A program made the translations under genes and the position numbers. DNA of 64,000 nucleotides, from positions 2,666,001 through 2,730,000 of the forward strand of contig CM075987.1 in assembly GCA_038087875.1 (NCBI GenBank), written 5' to 3'. The notes under the pieces were generated by a model. That model saw nothing but the letters and a program-made list of their open reading frames with translations. It made no database searches and was not told where the DNA came from. Origin of the DNA: Malacoraja senta. Its lineage: Eukaryota. This document shows positions 11,555-24,060 of the stretch, in pieces (the first letter of the stretch is position 1; every line of letters starts with the position of its first letter).

Positions 11555-12325
11555 TAACTCTCCAGGCATAGACCAAATGTAAACTAGGCGATCGTTTCGC
11601 TGAACACCTTTGCTCTGTCTGCCTGGGCATACCTCATCTCCTGTTGCTGAGCACTTTAATTCCCATTCCCACACTGACCATTCTGTCCTAGGTCTCCTCC
11701 ATTGTCAGAGAGAGGCCAAATGCAAATTGGAGGAACAGCATCTCGTATTTCGCTTGGGCAGCTTGCAACCCAGCGGTATCAATTTTGATTTATCTTACTT
11801 CAAGTAACCATTGCAACCCTCTCTCTACATTCCTCCCCTACCCAAGTAATTGTATTAGCTTCAAAGTAATCTTGTTGAGTCTCATTGTCTGTAACTCATT
11901 TTCACCTAGACCACAGCTAACAATGGCCTGTCTCATTTATCATTGATACTTTTTGTGTATCTTTCATTCATTTGTTCTATATCACAATATCACAGGACCT
12001 TCACATTGAATAGCAGGAGTGTTGTAGAGCAGAGAGATCTCGGACTACAGGTACATAGTTCCCTGAAAGTGGTGTCACTGGTAGACAGAGTAGTCAAGAG
12101 CATTTCAGTACATTGTCAGTCAGGGTGCACATTCATTTGTTTTATATCTCTCTATCACAGTCTCTATCTCTCGTTTCCTTTACCCCTGACTCTCAGTCTG
12201 AAGAAGGGTATCGACCCAAACCGTCACCTATTCCTTTTATCCAGAGATACTCTCTGATCTGCTGTTACTATAATCTTTTTGTGTCTACCCTGGTGTAAAG
12301 CAGCATCTGCAGTTCCTTCCTGCTC
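11555..12325 (+). mobile_element. PLE 3' fragment (GIY-YIG end plus pLTR, degenerate hammerhead at ~12195-12229), interrupted by a CR1 piece
   Basis: PVAEHFNS..HCQREAKCKLEEQHLVFRLGSLQPSGIN; CTGAAGAAGGGTATCGACCCAAACCGTCACC. Confidence 0.8.
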
Positions 12326-12421
12326 ACCACTGTCCTTTTCTATTGCTGCAACATTTGGTTACTCGTACTCTTGTACTACAATTTCTTTAAAATAAGTGTA
12401 CCATTTGCTTTCATTTTCTTT

Positions 12422-12950
12422 GTAGCATTTGGAGTATTGCATGCAGTTTAGATCACCCCCACACAGGAACGATGTGAAGGCTTTGGAAAAGGCGCAAAAG
12501 AAGGCTTACCAGAATGGTTCCTGGATTAGTGGGTATTAGCTACAGGGAGAGGTTGGACAGACTCTGGAATGCAGGCAGTGGAGGGGAGACCTGATAGACA
12601 GCTTATGAGAGGCATGGATGGGGTAGACAGTCAGAAACTTTTTCCCAGGATGGAAAAATCAAATATTAGAGGGCATAGGTTTAAGGTGAGAGGGGCAAGG
12701 TTTGTGAGATGTGTGGGGTATGTTTTTTAAACAGAGAGTGAAGAATGCCTGGAACGCGCTGCAAGGGATGGTGATGGTGGCAGATACGAGAGTGGAATTT
12801 AAGAGACTTATGATAGGAACATGATACGGAGGGTATACATGATGTGTATTATGTACCGCTAAATAAGAGGTGGACGTAGCATCATGTTCTTCACAGACTT
12901 TGTGGGCTGAAGGGCCTGTTCTTGTGCTGTACTATTCTATGATCTATATT
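12422..12950 (+). mobile_element. CR1 3' fragment, degenerate
   Basis: EYCMQF, SYRERLDRL, RGHRFKVRG; GGGCTGAAGGGCCTGTT...TTCTATG tail. Confidence 0.8.
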
Positions 12951-13057
12951 CTTTCCATATCTGAGCATCTTTCTGCATTTCATGAATACCACAGCACGTC
13001 CTTCTGTGCAGCAAAATTTTAGTTTCTCATCATTTAAAACAATATTATGTCCATAAG

Positions 13058-13350
13058 TGTTTAGTTTAGGGATACAGTGTGGAAACAGGCCCTTCGGCCC
13101 ACCAAATGTGCACCGACCAGCGATCCCCGCACATTAACACTATCCTACACACACGAGGGACAATTTACATTTATACCAAGCCAATTAACCTGCACGTCTT
13201 TAAGAGTGTGGAAAGAAACCGAAGATCTCGCGTGGTCACGAGGAGAAGGTACAAACTACGTACAGACAGCACCCGTAGTCGAGATCGAACCCGGGCCTCT
13301 GGCGTTGAAAGCTCTGTAAGGCAGCAACTCTATCGCTGCGCCACCTGCCC
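13058..13350 (-). mobile_element. HE1-like V-SINE
   Basis: A box GGTGGCGCAGCGATAG, B box GGTTCGATC, V-domain GTAGTTTGTACCTTCTCC, CR1-derived tail, (CTAAA)n. Confidence 0.85.
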
Positions 13351-14015
13351 GCAAGTGAAAACATATTTTCCATCATTATCAGTATTTAACAACCTCCTGG
13401 CTCACATACTCATTTACGTTATTTTGCAACACTTCACAGCTCGTATTCTTGCCTAGTTTCCAGTTGTCATCAAATTTAACTCGTGGCAATGTTACTGTAT
13501 ATTTAACGCTGCTTTACCCAAATAATTTCACTTGGCATTTGCTGTTTATGTTTTTCCACTTGAAATCAATGTTGACGAGATCAAATCCCAGTTAAGATAA
13601 GGGAAGGAGCATTCCAAACTGTTAGGCTCATTTTGTTTGGCACCATGGAGCTGATTATGTCTAAACCCCTTGCCTACATAGTTTATCCAGAAGAATAAGT
13701 ATACGAGGATGCATATCCTTGAGGCAGGCTCTTACTATGCACCCATTAACACAAATTATTCATTATCAGTGCATTAGTATGTCAGCAGTGGATGTTCCAT
13801 TAAACATTGTTCTTCAGGCAAATAATTCCACTGGAGTAAATTACCAGCTTTATTTTTTCCCTGTAATACTGAAGCTTTTTTTGGCAGTTATTTTGCTACT
13901 AACAGTGAAATGAAACTGGTGAAAGAAAATTTTAGTTAAAAAAATCATATTTTGCTTATAAACATGTCTAATTTACTAAACTAAATTTAATAAAGTATCA
14001 ATAAAACAAAGCTAA

Positions 14016-14075
14016 GTTACTCCAGCTTTTTGTGTCTATCTTCGGCTTAAACCCGCATCTGCAGTTCCTTCTCAC
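14016..14075 (+). mobile_element. 60-bp PLE 3'-end insertion with 10-bp TSD
   Basis: GTTACTCCAGC..GCATCTGCAGTTCCTT flanked by ACAAAGCTAA at 14006-14015 and 14076-14085. Confidence 0.7.
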
Positions 14076-15252
14076 ACAAAGCTAATCTTTAAGTCTTTCT
14101 ACCTCTTCTATAGATGCTTTGAATACAATTCTCAAAAGAAGCTGCAAATCATGTTTCTTTTGAACAATAAAGGTTATTCTTAATTTATTTTTTCCAACTA
14201 ATCAGCCTTATTGAAGCCTATTTGTTTTACCATTGAACACATTTTCAGTTAATGTGACTGAATTAGGCCAAATTTAGTTTTTTAACAGCATGAAATTATT
14301 AGAAGCTGTATTTAATCCCTTGTAAAGGATTGCATTTGCTTTACATGATTTAACACTCAACAGGACGAATATTCATTTTTTTTACATATGTAGTACCGTA
14401 TAAAGAACACCAAATAAGACCAGGATTAGGCAAGCTGAGCCCTCAAGCATGCCCTGCCATTCCTATAATGGCTGGTGTTTTTTGTGATCTTGTATGGAAG
14501 ATATTTGTGTGAAAGCGAGTTTCAAATCTAGTCATTTGTTTGGAATTTCTTTGGAAAATCTTGCAAGATTATTTCAGGATAGTAAATGCTTCACTTTAGC
14601 CAGAGCTTGCATTTGACATCTGACAGACAGCTCTGATCTGGAAAATACATTCCATTCATTGAAGTTAATGAAACAGAATGGAAAGATGAACCCACTGCTG
14701 TTGCCTGCTGGTTATATATTTTTTGTTTTGAGTATTATTTTGTTTTGTTGGAATATTGTGATTTATTTGATGTGAAAAAAACATGTCACCTGTTTAAATG
14801 CCAGTTTCTTTCAAGAGTTTAATAATGCATGGTTTGATGCCTGCTAGATATCATTAGCAAGTTTGATGTGATAATCTCAGTCCAATCTGAAAGTATTTTG
14901 AAAACCTGAAGTGAAATAAATTGTGCAGTTCCGTGTTTCCATCTGAATACCTGAATATTATCAAATTCATGCAGTTTGCCTTGTCTAATTTTTCTATGTG
15001 ATGTAGTAGTGTGTGAGATTGGATCTTCACCAGCTTCCCAGAATTTTTATTTCTTTCCCATGAAATGGATTGTGGGATTTTCAAACGTTGTAGCCAAGCA
15101 AGTTTTAAGCCGTTGCTAGCTTGTGTCGGGGAAAATGAGCAGGAAACAATTGACAATGAGAAATTGGAACATAGCAGAAGAAGAACTAATTGAAGATGAA
15201 GAAGTAAGCATTTGTAGCTGGTGGCCAGTGCCTGCTTGAGCGTCTTGAAAAT

Positions 15253-15556
15253 GTTTTAGTTTAGTTTAGTTTAGAGATACAGCGCGGAAACAGGCCCTCC
15301 AACACCGACCAGCGATCCCAGCACACTAACACTATCCTACACACACTATGAACAATTTACAATTTAACCAAAGCTGATTAACCTACAAAGCTGCACGTCT
15401 TTGGAGTGTGGGAGGAAACTGGAGCACCCAGGAGAAAACCCACGCAGGTCACGGGAGAACGTAAAACTCCATACAGACAGACCCGTGGTCAGGATCGAAC
15501 CCGGGTCTCTGACGCTATAAGTCAGCGACTCTACCGCTGCCCCACGGAGCCGCCCT
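15253..15556 (-). mobile_element. HE1-like V-SINE
   Basis: Same A/B boxes, V-domain and (CTAAA)n tail as the other copies. Confidence 0.85.
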
Positions 15557-15566
15557 TACTGCCAGC

Positions 15567-17492
15567 ATTTCTGCAATAGTAAGGAGAGACGTTAGCTTAG
15601 ATGCTGTAGAATCGGTATGGGTAGAACTACGAAATAGCTAAGGGCAGAAAACGCTTGTTGGAGTTGTGTAGAGACCACCAAACAGCAGTGGGAAGGTTGG
15701 GGATAGAATCAAACGGAAAATTAGGGATGCGTGTAGCAAAGGTACAGCAATTATCATGGGTGACATTAATCTACATATAGATTGGGCCAACCAAATTGGT
15801 AACAACGCTGAGGAGGAGGATTTGCTGGAGTGTATACGGGATGGTTTTCTAAGCCAATATGTAGAGGAAGCAACTAGAGGGCAGGCCATCCTAGACTGGG
15901 TATTGTGTAATGAGGAAGGATTAGTTAGCGATCGTGTTGTGCAAATATTATGTTGTGACCATAATACAGTGGAATTCTGCATTAAGATGGAGAGTGACAT
16001 GGTCAATTCAGAGACGAGGGTCCTGAACTTAAAGAAAGGAGACTTTGTTGGTATGAGATGGGAATTGGCTGGGATAGACTGACAAGTGATACTTAAAGGT
16101 TGACAGTGGAGTTGCGATGGCAAAGATTTAAGGATCGCATGGATAAACTACAACAATTGTTCATCCCTGTTTGGCGGCTCAACCGTGGCTAACGAGGGAA
16201 ATTAGGGATAGTGTTAAATCCAAGGAAGAGGCATATAAATTGGCCAGAGGAAGCAGCAAACCAAAGGACTGGGCAAAATTTAGAGTTTAACAGAGGAGGA
16301 CAAAGGGGTTAATTAAGATGGGGAAAATAGAGCATAAAAGAAAGCTTGTGGGGAATATAAAAACTGACTGTAAAAGCTTCTTTAGATATGTGAAGAGGAA
16401 AAGATTAGTGAAGACAAATGTAGGTCCCTTGCAGTCAGAAACGGGTGAATTTATAATGGGAAACAAGGAAGTGGCAGAACAGTTAAATGAGTACTTTGGT
16501 TCTGTCTTCAGTAAGGAAGATACAAAAAATCTCCCAGAAATATCAAAGATCTAGTGGGAGGGAGGAACTGAATGGAATCCACATTCGTCAGGAAATGCTG
16601 TTAGGTAAACTGTTGGGACTGAAGCCAGATAAATCGCCAGGGCCTGATGGTCCGCATCCCAGAGTACTCAAGGAGGTGGCCCTAGAAATCGTGGATGCAT
16701 TGGTGATCATTTTCCAATGTTCTATAGACTCTGAATGAGTTCCTGTGGACTGGAGGGTAGCTAATGTAACCCCACTTTTTAAGAAAGGAGGGAGAGAGAA
16801 AATGGGGAATTATAGACCATTTAGCCTGACATCAGTAGTGAGGAAAATGCTTCAGTCGATTGTTAAAGATGTAATAGCAGGGCATTTGGAAAGCAGTGAC
16901 AGGATCGGTCAAAGTCAGCATGGATTTATGAAGGGGAAATCATGCTTGACTAATCTTCTGGAATTAATTTGAGGAAGGGCATTCTTGCTATTGAGGAAGT
17001 GCAGCATAGATTCACCAGATTAATTCCCGGAATGGGAGGACTGGCATATGATGAAAAAAAAGGTAGACTAGGCTGCACAGTCATGGAATTTAGAAGGATG
17101 AGAGGGAATGTTATAGAAACATAAAATTCTTAGGGGATTGGACAGGCTAGATGTGGGGAAAATGTTCCCAATGTTGGGGGAGTCCAGAACCAGGGGTCAC
17201 AGTTTAAGAATAAGGGGTAGGCCATTTAGGACTGAGATGAGGAAAAACTTTTTCGCCCAGAGATTTATGAATCTGTGGAATTCTCTGCCTCAGAAGGCAG
17301 TGCAGGCCAATTCACTGGATGTTTTCAAGAAAGAGTTAGATTTAGCTCTTCGGGCTAACAGAATCAAAAGATATGGTGAGAAAGCAGGAATGGGGTACTG
17401 ATTCTGGATGATCAGCCATGATCATATTGAATGGCGGTGCTGGCTCGAAGGGCCGAATGGCCTCCTCCTGCACCTATTTTCTTTCTCTCTAT
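15567..17492 (+). pseudogene. Degenerate CR1 ORF2 with the RT core deleted (junction ~16965)
   Basis: Homologous to 3350-6030 with stops and frameshifts; jumps from KSCLTNLLE directly to NLRKGILAIE. Confidence 0.9.
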
Positions 17493-19040
17493 GCATGTAA
17501 GTGTCAGGATTTCCCTGGAAAGAGAGATCCGAACGTTTGATGAAATCTTTGCTCCAATTGTTTGAGAGTTCAATTTGAGAATTTGACTCTTAGATCAGAC
17601 ATTTGTTAATAAAGATGCAGCAGCAGAAGGTGTATACCAAATACCCCGTCCTTGCCCCAGCTTTCAGATTTGTTCACTTCCAAGGTGCCTTTCTTTACTT
17701 TGGAGTTTGGTTGAATGATTGTCGTTAATATTATTTATTCCTGTAACCAGAGTGAGAGGAAATGACCTTGAGACAAAACATGATTCTTTACTGAGAGAAT
17801 TATTTATCAATTATATTTTAATGTAACATATTAAACTATATATTTATTGCCATATTTGTATCCATTTGGGCTTGTTTACAGACCGTGGAATTATTTGAAC
17901 TTCAGAGACCACATATAGCTTAAATTCATGTTTCTGTTAGTTTGTATATATCTTTAGTTACTGATCAGCACTCAGATTTTGTTGCTGTTGTTTAGGATTT
18001 ATCTATTAATTTGGCAACTGTGCCAAAATCAAATCCTTGTAAAACCTCTGGTTCTCAGCATTTAATGTGACAAACCAGTGAATATCTGCACGATTCATCG
18101 CATGGAGGGTTTTCTCTGTGCTGTTCCCATCCAATAGTCCAGTGTTCAAGGGTGACAATGCATAAAATGAAAGGTCATCCCTTGAATTCTGTCTGTTTTC
18201 TTAACACTTGGAAGTATAGGAGAGTTTCGTTTTTCACAGTTTGTGCATTTAGAATGTACGCATCTTAGTGTTGAGAAAATAATTGGAAAAAATAAATTGC
18301 AACAGAGAATTTTTTATTAATATTAAGCATGGGAAGAAACAATAGAAATGGATCACAGGAAAAAAGTAGACAATATTTGATCATCTTCCATTGTATTTTT
18401 ATTTTTTAAATACATCAAGCGATCAAACGTTATGAGCAAAGCACATTTTGTATGCTTCGTTGTAGTTCATGGTAATAAATTATTGTATAATAAATTGCTT
18501 GAGTCTTAAATTATTAAGCAAGCAGAACAGTCCAACTGATCCATTATGGTATCTCTGCTTTAGTTTTGTTCCTGACTCCAACCTAAACTCTGCTAGTCTG
18601 GCAGAGTGAGGGTGTGGGGGTTGTTAAAAAATCATAGGGTTATTGCAGGAGGATGCCTGAAATCCAAAAGGTGTGTTATAATATAAAATATGAAGAGTTG
18701 TGGAGAGAGCTTTTGCCAAAGTACGGGTTCCATAGATTCAGAAATGGACGATTCATTCTGATACAGTGCCCTCCATAATGTTTGGGACAAAGACTCATCA
18801 TTTATTTATTTGCCTCTGTACTCCACAATTTGAGATTTGTAATAGAAAAAATCACATGTGGTTAAAGTGCACATTGTCAGATTTTAATAAGGGCCATTTG
18901 TATACATTTTGGTTTTACCATGTAGAAACTACAGCAGTGTTTATACATAGTCCCCCCATTTCAGGGCACCCTAATGTTTGGGACACGGCAATGTCATGTA
19001 AATGAAAGTAGCCATGTGTGGTATTTTTTGCATATCCTTT

Positions 19041-19808
19041 CAGGCAAGAGATTTCTCAGCGAACCTGCGGATTTTGAAATTCGTTGAAAAAATCTAAATC
19101 TCTATAAATCTATAAATGGCTTTCCACGAGACAGTGGGGGCAGGACTGATGATCGAGGGCGCCGATTGGACGAGAGGGACGTTGGTTCAACAGGCACTGG
19201 GGGGGGGTTGTGGGACATGATGATTCAGCGCGGTGATTGGAGGAGGGAGGCACCGGAGCCGGGAGCGCAGATAGCGGCGGCCCCGGGGAGGGCAGCGGAG
19301 AGTGGGCACTGGGCTGGGAAAGGCCGGGGCGCGGCTGCAGGGCCGGGGCCTTGTTGGTGTCAATAAGCGTTTGCAGAGGGGGGAGCCTCTGTGAGTGTGA
19401 ATAAAGGTGAGGGGACGTCCCTGTGAGTGTGAGCAGTGAGGGGGGTCCTTGTGAGTGAGCAGTGAGGGGGGTCCCTGTGAGTGAGCAAAGGTGAGGGGTT
19501 TTGTGTGAGTGTGAGCAGTGAGGGGGGTCCCTGTGATTGTGAGCAAAGGAAAGGGGTGGTCCCTGTGAGTGTGAGCAGTGAGGGGTTCCATGTGAGTGTG
19601 TGGGGAAGACCCTGCGAGAAATTAAGGGTAAACAGGCAAGAAAACGGTGTCATTTCAAGGTACAAATATTTAAAAATTCAGCATAAAGGGGGCGCTGCCC
19701 CCCTCTTACAATCCTACCCTGGACCCCCATCTCTCTTCCCCCTTTTACAATCCTACCCTGGACCCCCATCTCTCTTCCTCTTTTTAACGTTTTCCTGTCT
19801 CATGCCTG
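19041..19808. mobile_element. Non-autonomous DNA transposon with 11-bp TIR and 5-bp TSD, nested in the Tc1
   Basis: CCTTT|CAGGCAAGAGA...TCTCATGCCTG|CCTTT; removing it restores the Tc1 C-terminus (..IACKGYA). Confidence 0.8.
19388..19605 (+). repeat. Degenerate ~28-bp minisatellite (GTCCCTGTGAGTGTGAGCAGTGAGGGGG)
   Basis: About 7-8 imperfect units visible. Confidence 0.8.
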
Positions 19809-21289
19809 CCTTTGCATGCAATGACTGCCTGAAGTCTGCAATTCATGGACATTACCAGTTGCTGGGTGTCTTCTCTGGTGATGCTCTGCCAGGCCTGTAT
19901 TGCAGCCATCTTTAGCTTATGCTTGTTTTGGAGGCTAGACCCATTCAGTTTTCTCTTCAGCATATAAGGGGCATGCTCAATTGGGTTCAGATCGGGTGAT
20001 TGACTTGGCCACTCAAGAATTGACAATTTTATAGCTTTGAAATTTTTTATAGCTTTGTTGCTTTAGCAGTATGTTTGGGATCATTGTCTTGCTGTAGAAT
20101 GAACCGCCGGTCAATGAGTTTTGAGGCATTTGTTTGAACTTGAGCAGATAGGATGTGTCTATACACATCAGAATTCATTATGCTACTACCATCAGCAGTT
20201 GTATCATCAGTGAAGATAAGTGAGCCAGTACCTTCAGCAGCCATACATGCCCAGGCCATAACACCCCCCACCACAGTGTTTCACAGATGAGGTGGTATGC
20301 TTTGGATCTTGGGTAGTTCCTTCTCTCCTCCATACTTTGCTCTTGCCATCACTCTGATATGTTAATCTTTGTCTCATCTGTCCACAAGACCTTTTTCCAG
20401 AACTGTGGTTGCTCTTTTAAGTACTTCTTGACAAACTGTAACCTGGCCATCCTATTTTTGTGGCTAACCAGTGGTTTGTATCTTGCAGTGTAGCCTCTGT
20501 ATTTCTGTTCATGAAGTCTTCTGCGGACAGTGGTCATTGACAAATCCACATCTGGGACGGGTGTTTGGGAATTTTTATTTATTATAGAGAGAATTCTTCT
20601 GTCATCAGCTGTGGAGGATTTCCTTTGTGATTAGTGAGTCCCTTTGCAAGTCCCTTTACGATTAGTAAGCTCACCAGTGCTCTCTTTCTTCTTAATGATG
20701 TTCCAAACAGTTGATTTTGGTAAGCCTGAAGATTGGCTGATGTCTTTATTCTTTTATTCTTCTTGTTTCTCAGTGTCATAATGGCTTCTTGACTTTCATT
20801 GACTCAACTTTGGTCCTCATGTTGATAAACTGCAATAAAAGTTTCAAAGGTGATGGAAAGACTGGAGGAAAGTCTAGGTGCTGAGAGCTCTCTTATACGT
20901 GCATTAAGGTGGCAATTAAACACGCCTGAACAATTACAATTGCCTGTGAAGCCAGGTGTTCCAAACATTATGGTGCCCTGAAATTTGGGGACTATGTGTA
21001 AACACAGCTGAAATTTCTACATGATGAAACCAACATGTATAAAAATGACCATTAATAAAAACTGACAATGTGCACTTTAACCACAGGTGATTTTTTTTCT
21101 ATTACAAATCTCAAATTGTGGAGCACAGAGGCAAATAAATATATGATGGGTCTTTGTCACAAACATTATAGAGGCCACTGTATATGCTCTAGACATTTCC
21201 TGTTGCAGTCTGCATGTGCTTGTAGGTGATAACATCTTTGTAGATTCTTTGTTTATGATCTGTGGATGATGCTGCATTTATTGACCATT

Positions 21290-21550
21290 TACCCTGAACT
21301 GCAACCACAGTGATGGTTCTGGAGTCGTATATAGAGCAGACTGGTTAAAGTTTGAGATTACCTTCCTTGAAGAACTTTCGATGAACAACATTGATTTTTA
21401 ACAACAACCAGGTTGTTTCTTGAGAAGAGCTTGATTTCCAGATTTTATTTAATAACTGTAATTTATATGACCCTTAGCGGGATTATAGTTTGGTTCACTG
21501 GATCGATAGTCTAGAATGTTGACTGCTCATCCAATATAGTTACCCACCAT
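21290..21550 (-). mobile_element. Old tRNA-derived SINE remnant
   Basis: TCTGGAGTC..GGTTAAAG..CCTTCCTTGAAGAAC..TGAAC resembles an ancient SINE body (recalled; weak match). Confidence 0.35.
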
Positions 21551-22999
21551 GTGAATGCATCCTCTCAGCCAATGCCAAGTCTGCGCATTGTGCGGCCGTT
21601 TGAGAGCCATTTATTATTTAAAGTTGCCAGACACCAGCAACTTTAAATGATTCCTTGAAAAGAAATCAGTGCATTAACTAGTATGCCAGCTGGCAAATGG
21701 CTCCGACTGAAGAGGTATAAATGAGTGCATTTCCACTGCATGCATTTTGAAGTCTCTGTTCTTGCACAAGCTTCCTTAATCCTGTCATTGACTTTGTGGC
21801 AATTTTTAACCAATATGTAATGGATCAATTCTGTTTACTTGTGCTTTACTGTGTACAAAAGACCTTTACGCCTCAATTTCCCGTTCATTCGATTTAGATG
21901 ATATATTAGTCTCATGACTTGGCAGTTTAAGCTTACTCTGATCTTTCAGGTATTTCCCTTTTCTCTCATTCTCAATTTTTTCCCCCGCTCATTTTGAGGG
22001 TGAACTGACTCTTCTGTCTGCAGATTAATTGGACAAAGCGGCAGCCAATCTTCACCTAAACCATTGCCAATTGCTTGCATGCTCAGAATTGAACAGAGAT
22101 GGGCTGCTGTAATTTATTTTGTAACTTTAGCTTACTCAGCATCTACACTGCACGACGGAGGTGTGTTTAGATCCTCTGTGTACTTTTGTGCTGTAATAAT
22201 CTGATGGATTGTTCAACAAAGAAAGAAAAACTGGGTATGCATATAAACAAAATATTTCCATTGGTTAGTGTGTTGCCACATTGTTTTCCTTTGCAACATT
22301 TTGCAATTCTCTGCCGCTGCCATTTAAATATGGCTGTACATGCATCTGTAATTGCAACTTGCATTGTTGCAAATTCAGTGAGCACAAAATGGAGACAAAA
22401 CTCTGTCAGTATAAGCAGGAGATATGAGTGTCAGCATTGCTACATGTTGAAAGGTTGAGAAGACATTGGATTAATGAAATAGTAAATAGAAGTCTGTTCC
22501 AATCAATAAATGGTTCGATATTCTTTAATGATAATGCGTAAAAATGATTTAAACATTAGTTATGAACAATAATCCATTTCTATTACTCAGATAATTGAAT
22601 CTGCAAATCTTATTCAGATTCCTTTGCTAATTCATAATTATATGCATCTCCTTTTTTAAATGGTGGGTTTTAAGTTGGGTTTAATTTTTTAATTTAAAGA
22701 GTTGGATTAATATAAAAGCTACTTATGTTTTTTATGAACTTCATTATTTCAGTAAGATATAACCATTTTTATACACTGGAGACAAATAAGTTCATTTTTT
22801 TTAGGTATTCTGCATTTTGTGAACTGTTTCTAATTATTTTATATTTTAGCTTTTAGATAAAAATAGTTGTATATTGAAGTGAATATTTTACCCATAATAA
22901 TTGGTTTATTCTTTAGTAACAGGTAAATATAAACACAGAGCTAACAAATGCATTTAATTGTTCATTAGCCAAACTCCCAATACTGGATGTTGAATTTAA

Positions 23000-23370
23000 T
23001 AGTGTGTGTTGTTGCTCGTCAGAATATTGTGGGTTCAAGTCTTATTCCGCAGGCTCGAGCATATCATGCAAATTGCAGTTCCAGGACAGTATTGAGCATC
23101 GGGTGAGTTTTAGCGTATTAGATGAAATTTTGAATATAAATCCCATTTAATTTCCTAGGTGGACATTAAAGATAACATGGTGCAATTTCAAATGAGGGCA
23201 GGGAGTTCTGGCTGATGCTTGTCACAAAACGAATGTCCAAAGATAGATTAGGTGGGCATCACCTTGTCGCTGATTGTTGGAACCTGCTGTGTGCACATTG
23301 GCTGTTATCTTTCTTATGCTACAGGAGTAAATACTTTTTAAATGAATTTTGAATTTCAAGTTTAGAGTAT
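23000..23370 (+). mobile_element. Ancient Deu-domain SINE, near full length
   Basis: B box GGGTTCAAGTC; Deu-like GGTGGACATTAAAGATAACATGGTGCAATTTC..GCAGGGAGTTCT; TGCTGTGTGCACATTGGCTG. Confidence 0.6.
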
Positions 23371-23769
23371 GAAGAATATATGAAATTGCCGCATAGGTGT
23401 GAAAGAGTACAAATTTCAACTCTTCAATTTGAATACTTCTCTGGACTTTCCTCCCCCTCATTTTCCTCTGACCCTTGCTCTCCCACAGATATTATTAATT
23501 GCTGTGTTTCACCACTTGTCTCTAATCCTGATCTGTCGATCCTCGGCAGGTTCGCAACTTCATCCCCGTTTTACTGAATTACTTGACATGACGTTGAACT
23601 CTTGTGCCACTTTTGGCCAAGACTGTTCATCTCAGGACTGTGAGCCCTTTCTCATGTCTTCAAAATTCCCATCCTAATTGGATCCCTCCTCCTGGTTTAT
23701 TAACCTGTCAAGATCTATTCACTGCAAATTACCATGACATTGACGCCTTGCGTTTAATTCCCATCCCTT

Positions 23770-24060
23770 ACATAGAAACATAGAAAATAGGTGCAGGAGG
23801 AGACCATTCGGCCCTTCGAGCCAGCACCGCCATGGCTGATCGTCCCCAATCAATAACCCGTGCCTGCCTTCTCCCCACACCCCTTGATTTTACTAGCCCC
23901 TAGAGCTCTATCTAACTCTCTCTTAAATCCATCCAGTGATTTGGCCTCCACTGCCCTCTGTGGCAGGGAATTCCACAAATTTACAACTCTCTGCGTGAAA
24001 ACGTTTTTTCTCACCTCAGTCTTAAATGGCCTCCCCTTTATTCTAAGACTGTGGCCCCTG
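23770..24060 (-). mobile_element. CR1 3' end
   Basis: Reverse complement of the CR1 3'UTR and tail (CATAGAAA)n. Confidence 0.9.

Larger units (their letters stand above)
18764..21180 (-). mobile_element. Tc1 transposon with ~225-bp IR/DR TIRs and TA TSD; transposase (~20820 to ~19020) pseudogenised
   Basis: TA|CAGTGCCCTCCATAATGTTTGGGACA ... TGTCACAAACATTATAGAGGCCACTG|TA; VLWTDETK, QQDNDPKH, WPSQSPDLNPIEH motifs. Confidence 0.95.

Noticed and set aside
13290-13350. tRNA genes
   Set aside because: The A/B boxes belong to SINE heads; no complete cloverleaf
17870-17940. Other AG-acceptor-like sites (17881, 34591, 47044, 49612, 62522)
   Set aside because: No matching donor or open frame; not supportable as exons
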